Shown: positions 24,085 to 24,322 of the stretch, in pieces
Layout: each line of letters opens with the position of its first letter
Position numbering within the stretch: position 1 is the first letter of the stretch
Virus record (IMG/VR): IMGVR_UViG_3300020045_010975
Span: 1 to 24,322 of that record
From: a virus
Lineage: Duplodnaviria; Caudoviricetes
DNA: 24,322 nucleotides
Reading direction: 5' to 3' (one strand)
Program-made: the position numbers and the translations under genes
Notes under the pieces: model-generated
What the model was told of the DNA's origin: nothing
What the model saw: the letters and a program-made list of their open reading frames with translations, nothing else
Database searches by the model: none

Positions 24085-24322
24085 CTAAGCCCCGCGTCAA
24101 AATCCAAGCCGGCAGCACGCGCGCATACGACGGCCTAACCAACGTCATCACCATGGCGGGAACGTCGGCGGACCGCACGACGCATAGCCGATACAGCATG
24201 GGCTATGTCGATCAGTATCAGGTCGAGGCCTCTTACCGCACGTCCGGCCTTAGCAGGAAGATCCACGATATTCCGCCGTATGAGATGACGCGCGAGGGTA
24301 GAGACTGGCAGGCTGCGGATAC
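24081..24322 (+). CDS. Phage portal protein (DUF1073/HI1409 family), N-terminal part, runs off the window
   Basis: Not in the track. MTKPRVKIQAGSTRAYDGLTNVITMAGTSADR...QVEASYRTSGLSRKIHDIPPYEMTREGRDWQAAD matches the family pattern DGL.N....GT..D...YR.S.L.RKI.DIP...TR..R.WQ. Confidence 0.82.
   Translation, partial: MTKPRVKIQAGSTRAYDGLTNVITMAGTSADRTTHSRYSMGYVDQYQVEASYRTSGLSRKIHDIPPYEMTREGRDWQAAD

Larger units (their letters stand above)
3085..24322. mobile_element. Tailed dsDNA phage genome segment, probable alphaproteobacterial (Caulobacterales-like) host
   Basis: Contiguous recombination, replication, terS/terL, lysis and portal genes with dense ATGA/GTGA overlaps. Alphaproteobacterial-type SSB. 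No integrase or att site seen. Confidence 0.92.

Noticed and set aside
24081-24322. Anti-CBASS Acb1 (a label sometimes attached to DUF1073 proteins)
   Set aside because: The visible sequence is the portal N-terminus, and no 2H-phosphoesterase HxT motifs are within the window.

Overview
The window has two unrelated parts joined abruptly at about 3085-3110. Positions 1-3110 are Pseudomonas (fluorescens-group-like) chromosome on the minus strand: the 3' ~440 codons of an RND transporter (emhB/ttgB/mexB type), a complete outer-membrane factor (emhC/ttgC/oprM type), an intrinsic terminator and the start of an HscC-like Hsp70. Positions ~3085-24322 are a tailed phage genome segment whose SSB, GcrA-like HTH and DnaA-like domain point to an alphaproteobacterial (Caulobacter/Brevundimonas-like) host, not Pseudomonas. 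The phage part has a leftward early arm (YqaJ exonuclease, HNH-AP2, KGG protein), a rightward DNA-metabolism operon (RNA ligase, beta clamp, DNA methyltransferase, GcrA/DnaA-IV hybrid, SF2 helicase, SLOG, VRR-NUC), ssb, a primase-helicase with a repeat array (candidate origin), GIY-YIG, terS, terL, putative virion accessory genes, a lysis cassette and the start of the portal. No integrase, att site or repressor is visible. The join lies in ~26 nt that reads plausibly in both genes, so an assembly chimera is the best explanation. The main leads are: a small Gly-Gly protein plus multi-TM protein pair coupled to the lysis genes; two promoter-to-terminator structured, possibly pseudoknotted intergenic RNAs flanking the block inserted between terL and portal; a GcrA-like/DnaA domain IV hybrid beside a clamp and a methylase; and two proteins sharing only a 25-aa N-terminal tag. 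All family assignments are by motif recognition, and no searches or folding were run.
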